Shown here in pieces: positions 23,552-32,430 of a DNA stretch of 64,000 bases. The position numbers and the translations under genes are program-made. Source of the stretch: Dehalococcoidia bacterium (GTDB lineage Bacteria > Chloroflexota > Dehalococcoidia > Lucifugimonadales > Lucifugimonadaceae). The DNA is taken from the NCBI GenBank assembly GCA_965208645.1, contig OZ242350.1, positions 2,535,475 through 2,599,474 of the forward strand. Direction: 5' to 3'. The notes below the pieces were generated by a model. It was not told the origin of the DNA. It worked only from the letters and a program-made list of their open reading frames with translations, and did no database searches. The first letter of the stretch is position 1. The number at the start of each line of letters is the position of its first letter.

Positions 23552-25765
23552 TCAGTTAGCCAGCTCGATGTCCCAAAGGTTGTTGATACCGCTTGCCGCT
23601 GCTCGGTCCTGTGGCCAAGATGCGATCTTCTTGCGGTTCCAGAACCAGTCCTGCGGGACTGCCACGACGCCGGGCTGCAGGTTCCAGTAGTAGACGTACT
23701 GGAGATAGCGGTTCGCGAAGTCGGTAGCCTCTGCAGTGTCACTTGCGGACGCCATTCCCTCGTAGAGTTCAAGGATTTTCGGCGACTCAAAGCCACATGC
23801 GAAACCACCACGCGTCAGGCTGGTCTGAACCAGACCCTTCGGGAAGTGCCACGGGTTCGACTCGCGACCTTTGTCGCAAGAGGTGATCCACGGGTGAACG
23901 TTTGCCCGGTTGACAACCGTCGGGCGGAAGGTCACATAGGTGAACTTCAGCGAGAAGGTCGAAAGTCCGATGTCGGACCAGTAACCGGCAACTGCGTCTG
24001 CAACTTCACCGGTAACCGATGCGCCACCACCAAGCTCAGGACCTGCGTAGACCGAGACCTCGAAACGGTGGTCCCCCAAGTCGGAGGCCACGTTGGTCTT
24101 GCGCCAGTCAGGGTCTTGCGCCTTGATGATCTGCACTGCTTGAACCGGGTCGTACTCGTACGTGCAAGGGCCATCACCTGCGGGAGCTTCGTCGGTGAAC
24201 GCTGCACCTGCGGCCTGCGTGCACTGCACATTCGCAAAGTTGGGGTGCGAAGAGGCGAAGTACTCAATGTCGACAACATTTCCGAGACCGGCCAACAACG
24301 AGTCGTTTACCGCATCGCGGTCAACTGCGATCGCCATGGCGTAGCGCACGTTTCGTGCCTGCTCCATGTCGTCGGCGCCGTGCGAATCACTGTCGGAGTT
24401 ACCAATCCATGCGTGGTCGTGCACGAACGGGCCTTTGGGCGGAAGCGGTTCGCCTGACTTGGCGTCTGTAGTCTCCCAGAGGTTTCCGGAGAAGAAGATA
24501 CCGAGTTGGACTGCGCCACCGGTTCCAGACTGACCCCAGTTGGACGAGTCGACGATCAAGTTCGCCGCGTCCTTGGGCTCAAGCTGGGCCGTGTCGATCT
24601 GACCAGTGCGCAACAGCGTTGCACGGTTGGTCGGGTCGCCTGCCTGCACCATGATTATGGTGCTGGTCTTCGGGTTGAAATTCCAATGATCTGGATCTGC
24701 CGTCAAAACAATTCGGTCGTCGGCAATCCATGTGTCGACCAAATACGGCCCGCTAGCAACGATGGTGTCTCGTACGAAGTCTTCGCCTTCGGTGTCAAAA
24801 GCGTTCTTCGAGAGAACCGGGAATGCTTGACCGGACTGGTTGACGTAGTCGTCTTTCCAAGTTCCGTCAAACGCCGGAGTACCATCCGCTTTCGTGGCGA
24901 AATTCCACTCAACGGTGTTTGCGTCGACGACGCGCCACTCACCCCAGAGACCGGCAAAGTCGCCAGCCTGACCGTGGATCGAGGTCTTGTTAGTCGCGTT
25001 GTTGGCGTCGTTCATGCTCCAAGCAACATCTTCGGCAGTCAATTCGCCGTAGCTCTTGTCCTTGGTGCGGAAAGTGATGCCGTCTTGAATCGTTACGCTA
25101 CCAGTAGTTAGGTCTGGGCTGATGGTCCAGTCGGTCGCGACCCACGGGACAGTCTCGTCGCTCGCACCACGGCGGAACAGCGTCTCTGCAACTCCCCAGT
25201 TCTTGAGCGCGTCGGATGCCTGGTTGGCATTCCTGCCGACCTGCTGCCCAATTGTCGCGTTACCGATCACGGCGGCGCCGCCTTCAGTCTTGGGGTCCGG
25301 CGCTCCGACGGTGCCAATCAAGCTCGCAGTCGCCGTAGGTTCTGGTGCCATCACCTCAACCTCTTTGATGACCTCGACGGTCTGGACGACCTCGACCTCT
25401 TTCTCGACGACGACGGTCTGGACGACGGTTTCGCCCGCCACCTGGACCTCTTTCTCGACGACGACGGTCTGGACGACGGTTTCGCCCGCCACCTGGACCT
25501 CTTTCTCGACGACGACGGTCTGGACGACGGTTTCGCCCGCCACCTGGACCTCTTTCTCGACGACGACGGTCTGGACGACGGTTTCGCCCGCCACCTGGAC
25601 CTCTTTCTCGACGACGACGGTCTGGATTACTGTCTCACCCTGTACTTGGACCTCTTTTTCGACGACGACGGTCTGAATCACCGTCTCGCCACAGGCCCAA
25701 GCTGCCAGCGCGGCTATAGCTACCGCACTCGCCAGCAAGAACTTTCTACTTGTACTCATCTTCAA
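23552..25765 (-). CDS. ABC transporter substrate-binding protein (family 5, peptide/opine/nickel type) with lipoprotein signal and 17-aa repeat stalk
   Basis: A signal plus Cys (LAAWAC) is followed by (GETVVQTVVVEKEVQVA)n repeats and then an SBP_bac_5-like body. It lies upstream of two permease genes. Confidence 0.85.
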   Translation of the reverse strand: MKMSTSRKFLLASAVAIAALAAWACGETVIQTVVVEKEVQVQGETVIQTVVVEKEVQVAGETVVQTVVVEKEVQVAGETVVQTVVVEKEVQVAGETVVQTVVVEKEVQVAGETVVQTVVVEKEVEVVQTVEVIKEVEVMAPEPTATASLIGTVGAPDPKTEGGAAVIGNATIGQQVGRNANQASDALKNWGVAETLFRRGASDETVPWVATDWTISPDLTTGSVTIQDGITFRTKDKSYGELTAEDVAWSMNDANNATNKTSIHGQAGDFAGLWGEWRVVDANTVEWNFATKADGTPAFDGTWKDDYVNQSGQAFPVLSKNAFDTEGEDFVRDTIVASGPYLVDTWIADDRIVLTADPDHWNFNPKTSTIIMVQAGDPTNRATLLRTGQIDTAQLEPKDAANLIVDSSNWGQSGTGGAVQLGIFFSGNLWETTDAKSGEPLPPKGPFVHDHAWIGNSDSDSHGADDMEQARNVRYAMAIAVDRDAVNDSLLAGLGNVVDIEYFASSHPNFANVQCTQAAGAAFTDEAPAGDGPCTYEYDPVQAVQIIKAQDPDWRKTNVASDLGDHRFEVSVYAGPELGGGASVTGEVADAVAGYWSDIGLSTFSLKFTYVTFRPTVVNRANVHPWITSCDKGRESNPWHFPKGLVQTSLTRGGFACGFESPKILELYEGMASASDTAEATDFANRYLQYVYYWNLQPGVVAVPQDWFWNRKKIASWPQDRAAASGINNLWDIELAN
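25396..25690. repeat. 51-bp coding tandem repeat (4 perfect, then about 2 degenerate units)
   Basis: The units 25396-25446, 25447-25497, 25498-25548 and 25549-25599 are identical (CCTCTTTCTCGACGACGACGGTCTGGACGACGGTTTCGCCCGCCACCTGGA). The following units diverge. Confidence 0.95.
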
Positions 25766-25994
25766 TACATGACCTCCATGTATGCGTTACCGCAACCTCT
25801 TGATGCGCTGTCACATAGACGGCTTGAAGCCGTCACGTTGGATATCCAACTTGCCTAGCGCCAATAGTCTAACCCAAATATGCTCATCGTCAAAATCCAA
25901 ACCTGATCCGATTTCGTAAAACCTCGACGGTATCCCCAGTTTAGCTTCCATAGAATCAAAATATCGTTCCGTATTCCTAACCCCGGTTGATCCT

Positions 25995-26336
25995 ATGCCC
26001 TCCCGAGTAAGCATCCTCTATTGGAAAGAAATTCCCGTCCAGATCAAAGCCGAAAACGACGAAACCACCGTCTCAACCCAGCTTGACCGCCGCTTCCAAG
26101 AAGCCGCCGATGCCGTCGCCATGATGGATGGATCATACGGCTCAGACGCCTATCTCGACGCTTGGGAATGGGGTGACGGAATTGAATCCGACCTCGACCC
26201 GCAACCCGCCGCACAACAGGTAGCGGACCGCATTAACACAGGTATGCCGCGCGACTTTGTTGCACGAATTCGCGACCTCCGCGACGCTGGCAAACGCGTC
26301 GAAAAACCAGGCGCAATCGACGACTGGGTAGAATAG
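25995..26336 (+). CDS. 'virulence factor' domain (PF13769-like) small protein
   Basis: SILYWKEIPVQIKAE...LDRRFQEAADAVAMMDGSYGSDAYLDAWEW matches my recollection of the conserved YWRDIPAQV...RF..AID..AM....DDYL..W pattern. Confidence 0.6.
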   Translation: MPSRVSILYWKEIPVQIKAENDETTVSTQLDRRFQEAADAVAMMDGSYGSDAYLDAWEWGDGIESDLDPQPAAQQVADRINTGMPRDFVARIRDLRDAGKRVEKPGAIDDWVE

Positions 26337-26340
26337 ACGC

Positions 26341-27234
26341 ATGACAACTCAGGTCTCAACCTCCCACGAAATCCTCAGCCGCCTCGACAATGAAATTCTC
26401 GTTTTCGACGGCGCAACCGGCACGTACCTCCAGCAGCACGGACTCGAATCCGGCGGCTGCCCAGAGCTCATGAACGCCGACACGCCCGACACCATACGTG
26501 GCATGACGCGCGACTACTTCAACGCCGGTTCCGACATCGTCCTAACCAACTCCTTTGGCGGCACCAAGTTCCGCCTCCAGCACTACGACGCGCAAGACCG
26601 CGTTCGTGAGCTGAACGCCCTCGCCGCCGAACTCGCCAAATCACAAGCCGGACCCGGGCAATACATCGCCGGCTCCGTCGGCCCGACCGGAGAGTTCATC
26701 GAACCCCTCGGAACGGTCTCAAAATCGGAGATGTACGACGCATTCGTAGAGCAGATCACCGCCCTCGAAGAAGGCGGTGCAGACGCGGTGATGATCGAGA
26801 CCCAGATGGTCCTTGACGAAGCCCAAATCGCCATCAAAGCCACCCGCGAAAACACCGACCTCGTAGTCATGGCCACTATGGTCTTCGACAAAGGCCCCCG
26901 CGGTTTCTTCACCATGTGGGGCACCTCGCCCGAAGACGCTGCGATCGGCCTCCGAGAAGCCGGTGCCGATATCGTCGGCTCAAACTGCGGCAACGGTATC
27001 GATAAGATGATCGAAATCGCCGAGCAGATGCGACCCGTCGTCGACTGCCCTATCGTCATCGAGTCCAACGCCGGAATACCCGTCTACAAAGCCGGGGACA
27101 TCATCTATCCCGAAACGCCGGAATACATGGCCGAACGATACGAGAAACTCGCCGAAATCCCAGTCCAGATCCTAGGCGGTTGCTGCGGAACCACCCCCGA
27201 ACACATCCGAGCTCTCGTCGAAGCGGTAAAGTAG
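26341..27234 (+). CDS. homocysteine S-methyltransferase domain protein (MetH N-terminal-domain-like)
   Basis: VFDGATGTYLQ...GSDIVLTNSFG...GSNCG...LGGCCGTTPEHIRAL. The Zn-binding Cys pattern of Pfam S-methyl_trans is present. Confidence 0.8.
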   Translation: MTTQVSTSHEILSRLDNEILVFDGATGTYLQQHGLESGGCPELMNADTPDTIRGMTRDYFNAGSDIVLTNSFGGTKFRLQHYDAQDRVRELNALAAELAKSQAGPGQYIAGSVGPTGEFIEPLGTVSKSEMYDAFVEQITALEEGGADAVMIETQMVLDEAQIAIKATRENTDLVVMATMVFDKGPRGFFTMWGTSPEDAAIGLREAGADIVGSNCGNGIDKMIEIAEQMRPVVDCPIVIESNAGIPVYKAGDIIYPETPEYMAERYEKLAEIPVQILGGCCGTTPEHIRALVEAVK

Positions 27235-27337
27235 CTATCAACAATTAGGAGAAACAGCCGTTACTTATTCAAAGGGAATAACCCGCAAAAACGTCATCGC
27301 CGATCCTCTCCGAAACCTCGGCAGATGTATTGAACTC

Positions 27338-27943
27338 GTGGCGATCGATCCGCACTTCCACGACATCACCGTCGGGCTATACATGCGCGACCGGACCCTC
27401 ACCATCCACACGTTCTCCCAAATCGACGGCACCGCCGAACGCATCGAAACCATCCGCGACCGGCTTTGCGCCTTAGCCGATATCGATCCGACACCCGACG
27501 CCACCAATCAAGCCGAACTAATCTCCCAAGAGTTCTACGACCGCCCACTCCGCTTCGCCTTCACAGAAGCCGTCGAAAAGATCAACCCGATACCGACCGG
27601 TCCCATCACCGTCAACGACACCAAGTCGCGACTCGTCTTCACCGTCACCCCTGAACGCTCCGACGAAATCGGCTGGACCTACCACGTCACCGCCGAAGGC
27701 GAATTCGCCCGACCCAAGATGCGCATCATGGCCGTCGTCGGCGGATACATGCGCTACGGCGAATGCGAACGCGTCGGCGAAGATCGCGACCGCTTCCGCT
27801 TCAAGCATGGCGAACGCCTCGACCGCTTCGCCCGGCTCCTACTCCCCTACGCCCGAAACGTCAGCGCCGTCGACAACATGCTTGAACAAGCCGACCTCGC
27901 CGGGCAGATGACAACCCAAACCCTGGGTTTCGCCAGCAACTAA
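27338..27943 (+). CDS. hypothetical protein (201 aa) embedded in the corrinoid cassette
   Basis: Clean ORF with a GTG start, on the same strand and closely spaced with its neighbours. I recognise no motif. Confidence 0.55.
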   Translation: MAIDPHFHDITVGLYMRDRTLTIHTFSQIDGTAERIETIRDRLCALADIDPTPDATNQAELISQEFYDRPLRFAFTEAVEKINPIPTGPITVNDTKSRLVFTVTPERSDEIGWTYHVTAEGEFARPKMRIMAVVGGYMRYGECERVGEDRDRFRFKHGERLDRFARLLLPYARNVSAVDNMLEQADLAGQMTTQTLGFASN

Positions 27944-27946
27944 CAC

Positions 27947-27975
27947 GTCATTCCGGTGAAAGCCGGAATCCAGAG
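27947..27975. repeat. family A palindromic repeat unit
   Basis: GTCATTCCGGTGAAAGCCGGAATCCAGAG. Confidence 0.8.
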
Positions 27976-28040
27976 AAAACAATCCAAAAGCGACGAAGTC
28001 GCACCCTTATCCATACTGTCGCTACACAAGGAGGGCCAAT

Positions 28041-29099
28041 ATGCCATCCACAAAATTCGCCGGAACTCTTACCGCCAGAGAGCGAACCCTTCGCGCCCTC
28101 CGGGGAGAAGCGGTTGACCGCCCTCCCGTAACTAACCCCACGAACGTCGCAACCGTCGAGCTCATGGACCTCGTCGAAGCACCGTTCCCCGACGCCAACC
28201 GCGACCCCGAGATGAACGCACGTCTAGCCGCGACCGGTTACACGCAGCTCGGTTTCGACGCCATCGCGCCCTACTTCTCCATCATCCAAGAGTCGTCAGC
28301 GCTCGGATGCGAGATGCAGTGGGAAGGCAAAGACAACTGGCCGACCGTCAGAATGTCCTACCCAATTTGGAAGACCGTCGACGACATCAAGATGCCGAGC
28401 GACTTCCTAGAGCACCCAGACAACCGCACGATCATCGAGTCGATACGTCTCCTCAAGCAGGAGTTCGGCGATGAGGTCGCCATCGTCGGCAAGACCATGG
28501 GCCCGTGGACACTCGCCTATCACGTCTTCGGGGTCGAACCGTTCCTGCTCGCAACCGTTGACGACCCGCCGATGGTCATGGACATGTTGCACCGCCTCAA
28601 GCAGTTCACCATTGAATTTGGCATTGCACAGATCGAAGCCGGTGCCGACGTCCTGACTCTTCCTGACCACGCAACCGGAGACCTGGTAAGTGGCGAATAC
28701 TACCGGCGCTTCCTTATGGACCTCCATCACGAGTTCGTCGAAGACCTCCCCGTCCCGATCATGCTCCACATCTGCGGTGCCACCACCGACCGCATGCCTT
28801 ACATTGCAACCACAGGCATGGCCGCATTCCACTTCGACTCCAAAAACGACCCCCAAGAGGCCATGGACGCCGTAGACGGCGGCATAAACCTCGTGGGCAA
28901 CCTCAACAATCCCGTCACCTTATACTCCAAAGGCCCCGAAGAAGTCCGAGCCGAAGTCTTCAAATGCCTAGATGCCGGCGTCCAACTAATCGCCCCCGAG
29001 TGCGCCATCCCTCTCAAGACCAAACTAGAAAACCTCCTCGAAATCCCAAGAGCCGTAGAAGATTGGGCCGCCGAACACTGGGACTACTCCGAAAATTGA
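28041..29099 (+). CDS. uroporphyrinogen decarboxylase (URO-D) family methyltransferase (MtaA/CmuA-like)
   Basis: About 350 aa. LTARERTLRALRGEAVDRPPV is the typical MtaA-type N-terminus, with LHICG.. downstream. It is adjacent to a corrinoid protein. Confidence 0.75.
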   Translation: MPSTKFAGTLTARERTLRALRGEAVDRPPVTNPTNVATVELMDLVEAPFPDANRDPEMNARLAATGYTQLGFDAIAPYFSIIQESSALGCEMQWEGKDNWPTVRMSYPIWKTVDDIKMPSDFLEHPDNRTIIESIRLLKQEFGDEVAIVGKTMGPWTLAYHVFGVEPFLLATVDDPPMVMDMLHRLKQFTIEFGIAQIEAGADVLTLPDHATGDLVSGEYYRRFLMDLHHEFVEDLPVPIMLHICGATTDRMPYIATTGMAAFHFDSKNDPQEAMDAVDGGINLVGNLNNPVTLYSKGPEEVRAEVFKCLDAGVQLIAPECAIPLKTKLENLLEIPRAVEDWAAEHWDYSEN

Positions 29100-29189
29100 T
29101 GCCCAACTCGGCACTACAGGGTCATCCGCTCGCGGCGATCGCTGTAAACACAAGAGGTTCTAGCCGACGGCAAGTGTAGAATCTGACTT

Positions 29190-29981
29190 ATGCGCGATTC
29201 GTCGCTCCATCCACAATCCACTACTGCAATAACCCCTATGCCAATCGTCAACGAAGGTCTGCAACGAGAGTTCGAATGGGTTACCCGGCCCGGCGAGCAG
29301 AAACACATCAGCGAAGCGCTGGACCTTGCCGACGAGATGATGCAAGAAATCGCCTACCAGCTCATCATCGGCAAGAACCTCGAAGTCGACCGCCTCACAA
29401 AAGAGTGCCTCGACAAGGGTTACACCGCTAACCACATCCTCGACAACGGGCTTCTCAACGGCATGGCCATCGTCGGAGTCAAGTTCCGAGACAACGTCAT
29501 CTTCGTACCCGAAGTCCTCGTCGCCGCACGCGCCATGAAGGCCGGCATGGCTCACCTCGAACCTATCCTCTCCGCGTCCGGCATCGAGCCCATCGGCACC
29601 GTCATCATGGGAACCGTAAAAGGCGACCTCCACGACATCGGCAAGAACCTCTGCATCATGATGCTCAGAGGCGCCGGATGGGTAGTCCACGACCTCGGAG
29701 TCGACACCGCCCCCGAGGAGTTCGCCGACGCCGTGATGGAGTTCGAAGCGCAAGTCGTCGGTATGTCCGCCCTCCTCACCACTACCATGCCCAACATGGG
29801 ACGCACCATCTCGTATTTCGAGGACATCGGGCTCCGCGACGAAGTCCGCATCATGGTCGGCGGCGCACCCGTCACCCGCGAATTCGCCGACGAAATGGGC
29901 GCCGACGGTTATGGAGAAAACGCCGTAGACTGCGTAGAGACAGCCGTCAGCCTCCTCGCGCTCCAAAAAGAGCTCGCCTGA
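29190..29981 (+). CDS. cobalamin-binding corrinoid protein (B12-binding_2 cap + B12-binding Rossmann domain)
   Basis: GTVKGDLHDIGKNL is the DxHxxG His-on ligand motif, with MSALLTTTM and VGGAP also present. The real start may be the internal Met at 29238. Confidence 0.85.
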   Translation: MRDSSLHPQSTTAITPMPIVNEGLQREFEWVTRPGEQKHISEALDLADEMMQEIAYQLIIGKNLEVDRLTKECLDKGYTANHILDNGLLNGMAIVGVKFRDNVIFVPEVLVAARAMKAGMAHLEPILSASGIEPIGTVIMGTVKGDLHDIGKNLCIMMLRGAGWVVHDLGVDTAPEEFADAVMEFEAQVVGMSALLTTTMPNMGRTISYFEDIGLRDEVRIMVGGAPVTREFADEMGADGYGENAVDCVETAVSLLALQKELA

Positions 29982-30080
29982 CACAAAACCCAAGGCACTA
30001 CCGCCATGGAAAGCGGCCAAAAAAACGGCCAACCCAAACCCTCCACTCACGCGAAACACGGCATTTCGGCGACGCCTCCC

Positions 30081-30108
30081 GTCATTCCCGCGGACGCGGG
30101 AACCCAGC
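30081..30108. repeat. family A palindromic repeat unit (GTCATTCCCGCGGACGCGGGAACCCAG)
   Basis: Read directly from the sequence. Confidence 0.8.
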
Positions 30109-30184
30109 AGGCCAGTAATGGGGCCGGGCAGATCAAACGTCCCCAACAGATACAAAATGTCGACGTCGAAGCCGCGCGCAAAAG

Positions 30185-30395
30185 CATGGCCCGCATGGCA
30201 AACATCTTCGCCGACATCGCCCAACACGCCGAAGACTCCAGCCTCACCCGCTGCCCCTACAAAGACGCCCGATCCCGCTGCACCGCCAAATTCGGCTGCA
30301 CAAACCAACACTTCACCAAAAACCCCCTAGACCCACCAATCTGCACCGCCAAAGACGGCGATTTGGACTACCGATCGGCGTGGGAAATAGATTAG
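30185..30395 (+). CDS. hypothetical 69-aa Cys-containing protein
   Basis: Track ORF 30006..30395 trimmed to the ATG at 30185, because the upstream part is translated repeat. Four Cys are present: CPYKDARSRCTAKFGC...PPIC. Confidence 0.3.
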
Positions 30396-30414
30396 GGTTG
30401 CCGCCGCCGCGCGG

Positions 30415-30642
30415 GGGAAATTTCCGAAGGACAAAGGGGGCCTACCCCATCGGGTGCTGTGCACAACTACCGTCATTCCGGCGAAAGCCGGAATCCAGAG
30501 GGGCCGGGCAACGGAGTGCAAAGCGAAACGCCAAGTCTAAACCCCCTTTAATTCCCCCTTGGGCATCAAGGGGGAGGGTTGTGCACAGCACCCCATCGCG
30601 CTGTAGCTGTATGGACAGGTTTCAAGCCTGCCTCTACCAACC
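30415..30642. repeat. composite cluster of nested repeat elements (families D, A, E and F) with a 16-bp flanking inverted repeat
   Basis: GGAAATTTCCGAAGGACAAAGGGGG is family D. GGGTGCTGTGCACAAC (30452-30467) pairs with GTTGTGCACAGCACCC (30577-30592). Family A lies at 30472-30501, family E at 30535-30580, and a degenerate GGACAGGTTTCAAGCCTGCCTCTACCAACC at 30613-30642. Confidence 0.75.
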
Positions 30643-30682
30643 AATCCTTCGCTTCCTTCAAATTCTTTAGAATCCTAGTTCA

Positions 30683-32344
30683 ATGCCCCTAATCCATAAC
30701 CAAACTTCCCTCCCCCTAGAACCCGGCAAATCCCTCTTCGACTACGCTGACGATCTCGCTGTCCGCGTGCCCACATCCTGCGGACGAACCGGCGAGTGCC
30801 ACGAATGTATCGTCGAGGTCCGGCGCGGCATGGAAGCCCTCGACCCACTAACCGACTCCGAGAAGTTCCTCCGAGAGAACTACCGCCTAGCCTGCCAAGC
30901 AACCGTCGTCGACATCGAAGCCGACATAGAGTTCAACATCCTTAGACGCCAACCCCGCATCCTGACCGAGTCCATAGCCACCGACAACATCGAGCTCGAC
31001 CCTCTAACCGTCCGCGAAGACGACCAAATCATCTTCAAAGGGCCCGAAGGCCCCCGCCTCATCGATCGCTACCGAGGCCGCATCCTCGGCATCGCCGCCG
31101 ACATCGGCACCACCACCGTCGCCATGAACCTGGTCGACCTCGAGACCGGCGACATCCTCTACACCGCCTCCTTCGAAAACCCGCAGCGCTTCGGCGGCTC
31201 CGACGTCATGCACCGCATCTCATACGAGACCGACTCCTACCGCGGTGAACTCCAAGCGGTCCTCATCTCGTCCATCAACTACGAAATCGGCGAGATGGTC
31301 CGCACATTAAAGATCCGGCGACGCCAGATCGTCGAACTCGTCGCCGTCGGAAACACCACGATGCGCGACATCCTCTTCGGCATCGACGTCGAACCCATCG
31401 GCCAGAAACCCTACAAATCCCACATCGAAACCGATTTCAACTACGGCAACCGCGAAACCACCGCCCTCAACGTCTCGGCCCACGACCTCGGCATCCGCAT
31501 TAACCCCAACGCCAATGTCTATAGCGGACCTCTCATCGCCTCCCACATCGGCTCCGACGTCGCCGCCGACCTCCTAACCATCGCCATCGACGAACAAGAC
31601 GAAACCGTCATGCTCATCGACATCGGCACCAACACCGAAATCATCGCCGGCAACCGCCACCAACTCCACGCCGCCTCCTGCCCCGCCGGCCCAGCCTTCG
31701 AAGGCGGCAACGTAACCTACGCAATGCCCGGCTACGACGGAGCTGTAGAACGCGTGGTCATCCCTTCCAATTCCCAAAGAAGAGGAAAAGAGCAAGAGAA
31801 ACGAAGTTCGCAGGGGATGCCAGTCCTAACCACCATCGGCAACACCACGCCCATCGGCATTTGCGGATCCGGACTAATCGACCTCCTAGCAGAACTCCGA
31901 CGTCACAACATCATGAACGAACTAGGAGCCTTCAACGACGGCTCCGACGAATTCACCTTCCACCGCGAAAACCGTCTCACCCTCTCACGCGCCGACATCT
32001 CAGCCCTTGCCCAAGCTAAAGCCGCCAACTACTGCGGACAAAACATCGTGCTCGAAACCGTCGGAACATCCGCCAACGACTACTCCTGTCTTTATCTAGC
32101 CGGCGGCTTCGCCAACTACATCAACATCCAAAACGCCATCGACATCGGCTTCATCCCCAACATCGACCCAAACCGCATAACCAAAATCGGCAACGCCTCC
32201 CTCCAAGGCGCCACCATCATGCTCACCAACGCCACCAAAAGAGCCGCCATCGAACACCTAACCCAAACCATCACCCATATCGAACTAGAAACCAATCCTA
32301 ACTTCTTCGATCACTTTGTGGAGGGCTGTCAATTCAAAACCTGA
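30683..32344 (+). CDS. corrinoid reductive activase-like protein: N-terminal plant-type [2Fe-2S] ferredoxin + ASKHA/DUF4445 domain (RACo/RamA-like)
   Basis: SCGRTGECHECIVEV...YRLACQ is the 2Fe-2S Cys pattern. ADIGTTTVAMNLVD and IDIGTNTEI are the ASKHA phosphate motifs. Confidence 0.8.
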   Translation: MPLIHNQTSLPLEPGKSLFDYADDLAVRVPTSCGRTGECHECIVEVRRGMEALDPLTDSEKFLRENYRLACQATVVDIEADIEFNILRRQPRILTESIATDNIELDPLTVREDDQIIFKGPEGPRLIDRYRGRILGIAADIGTTTVAMNLVDLETGDILYTASFENPQRFGGSDVMHRISYETDSYRGELQAVLISSINYEIGEMVRTLKIRRRQIVELVAVGNTTMRDILFGIDVEPIGQKPYKSHIETDFNYGNRETTALNVSAHDLGIRINPNANVYSGPLIASHIGSDVAADLLTIAIDEQDETVMLIDIGTNTEIIAGNRHQLHAASCPAGPAFEGGNVTYAMPGYDGAVERVVIPSNSQRRGKEQEKRSSQGMPVLTTIGNTTPIGICGSGLIDLLAELRRHNIMNELGAFNDGSDEFTFHRENRLTLSRADISALAQAKAANYCGQNIVLETVGTSANDYSCLYLAGGFANYINIQNAIDIGFIPNIDPNRITKIGNASLQGATIMLTNATKRAAIEHLTQTITHIELETNPNFFDHFVEGCQFKT

Positions 32345-32348
32345 CCCC

Positions 32349-32375
32349 GTCATTCCGGCGAAAGCCGGAATCCAA
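32349..32375. repeat. family A palindromic repeat unit
   Basis: GTCATTCCGGCGAAAGCCGGAATCCAA. Confidence 0.8.
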
Positions 32376-32430
32376 CCACTGCCCCATTCCCTCCAATATC
32401 GTTAAAACAACAAGTCACAATTCCCACCTC

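Noticed and set aside
25396-25690. Possible CRISPR array
   Set aside because: The repeats are contiguous 51-bp units with no spacers. They are in frame inside a substrate-binding protein gene and encode a 17-aa peptide repeat.
25766-25994. Cobalamin riboswitch upstream of the corrinoid cassette, and the small antisense ORF 25811-26014
   Set aside because: I found no B12-box-like or GCCACTG/GGGAA core elements on either strand by eye. The 67-aa ORF overlaps the start of the next gene and has no support. An Infernal scan would settle it.
29160-30311. 383-aa ORF antisense to the corrinoid protein gene. Similar long antisense ORFs lie at 2656-3405, 7665-8522, 14668-15261, 23846-24457, 24506-25111, 40889-41596, 49603-50169, 51013-51777 and 54912-55682.
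   Set aside because: These are shadow ORFs opposite well-supported genes in GC-rich coding sequence. Their composition is Gly/Arg/Val-rich low complexity, with no motifs.
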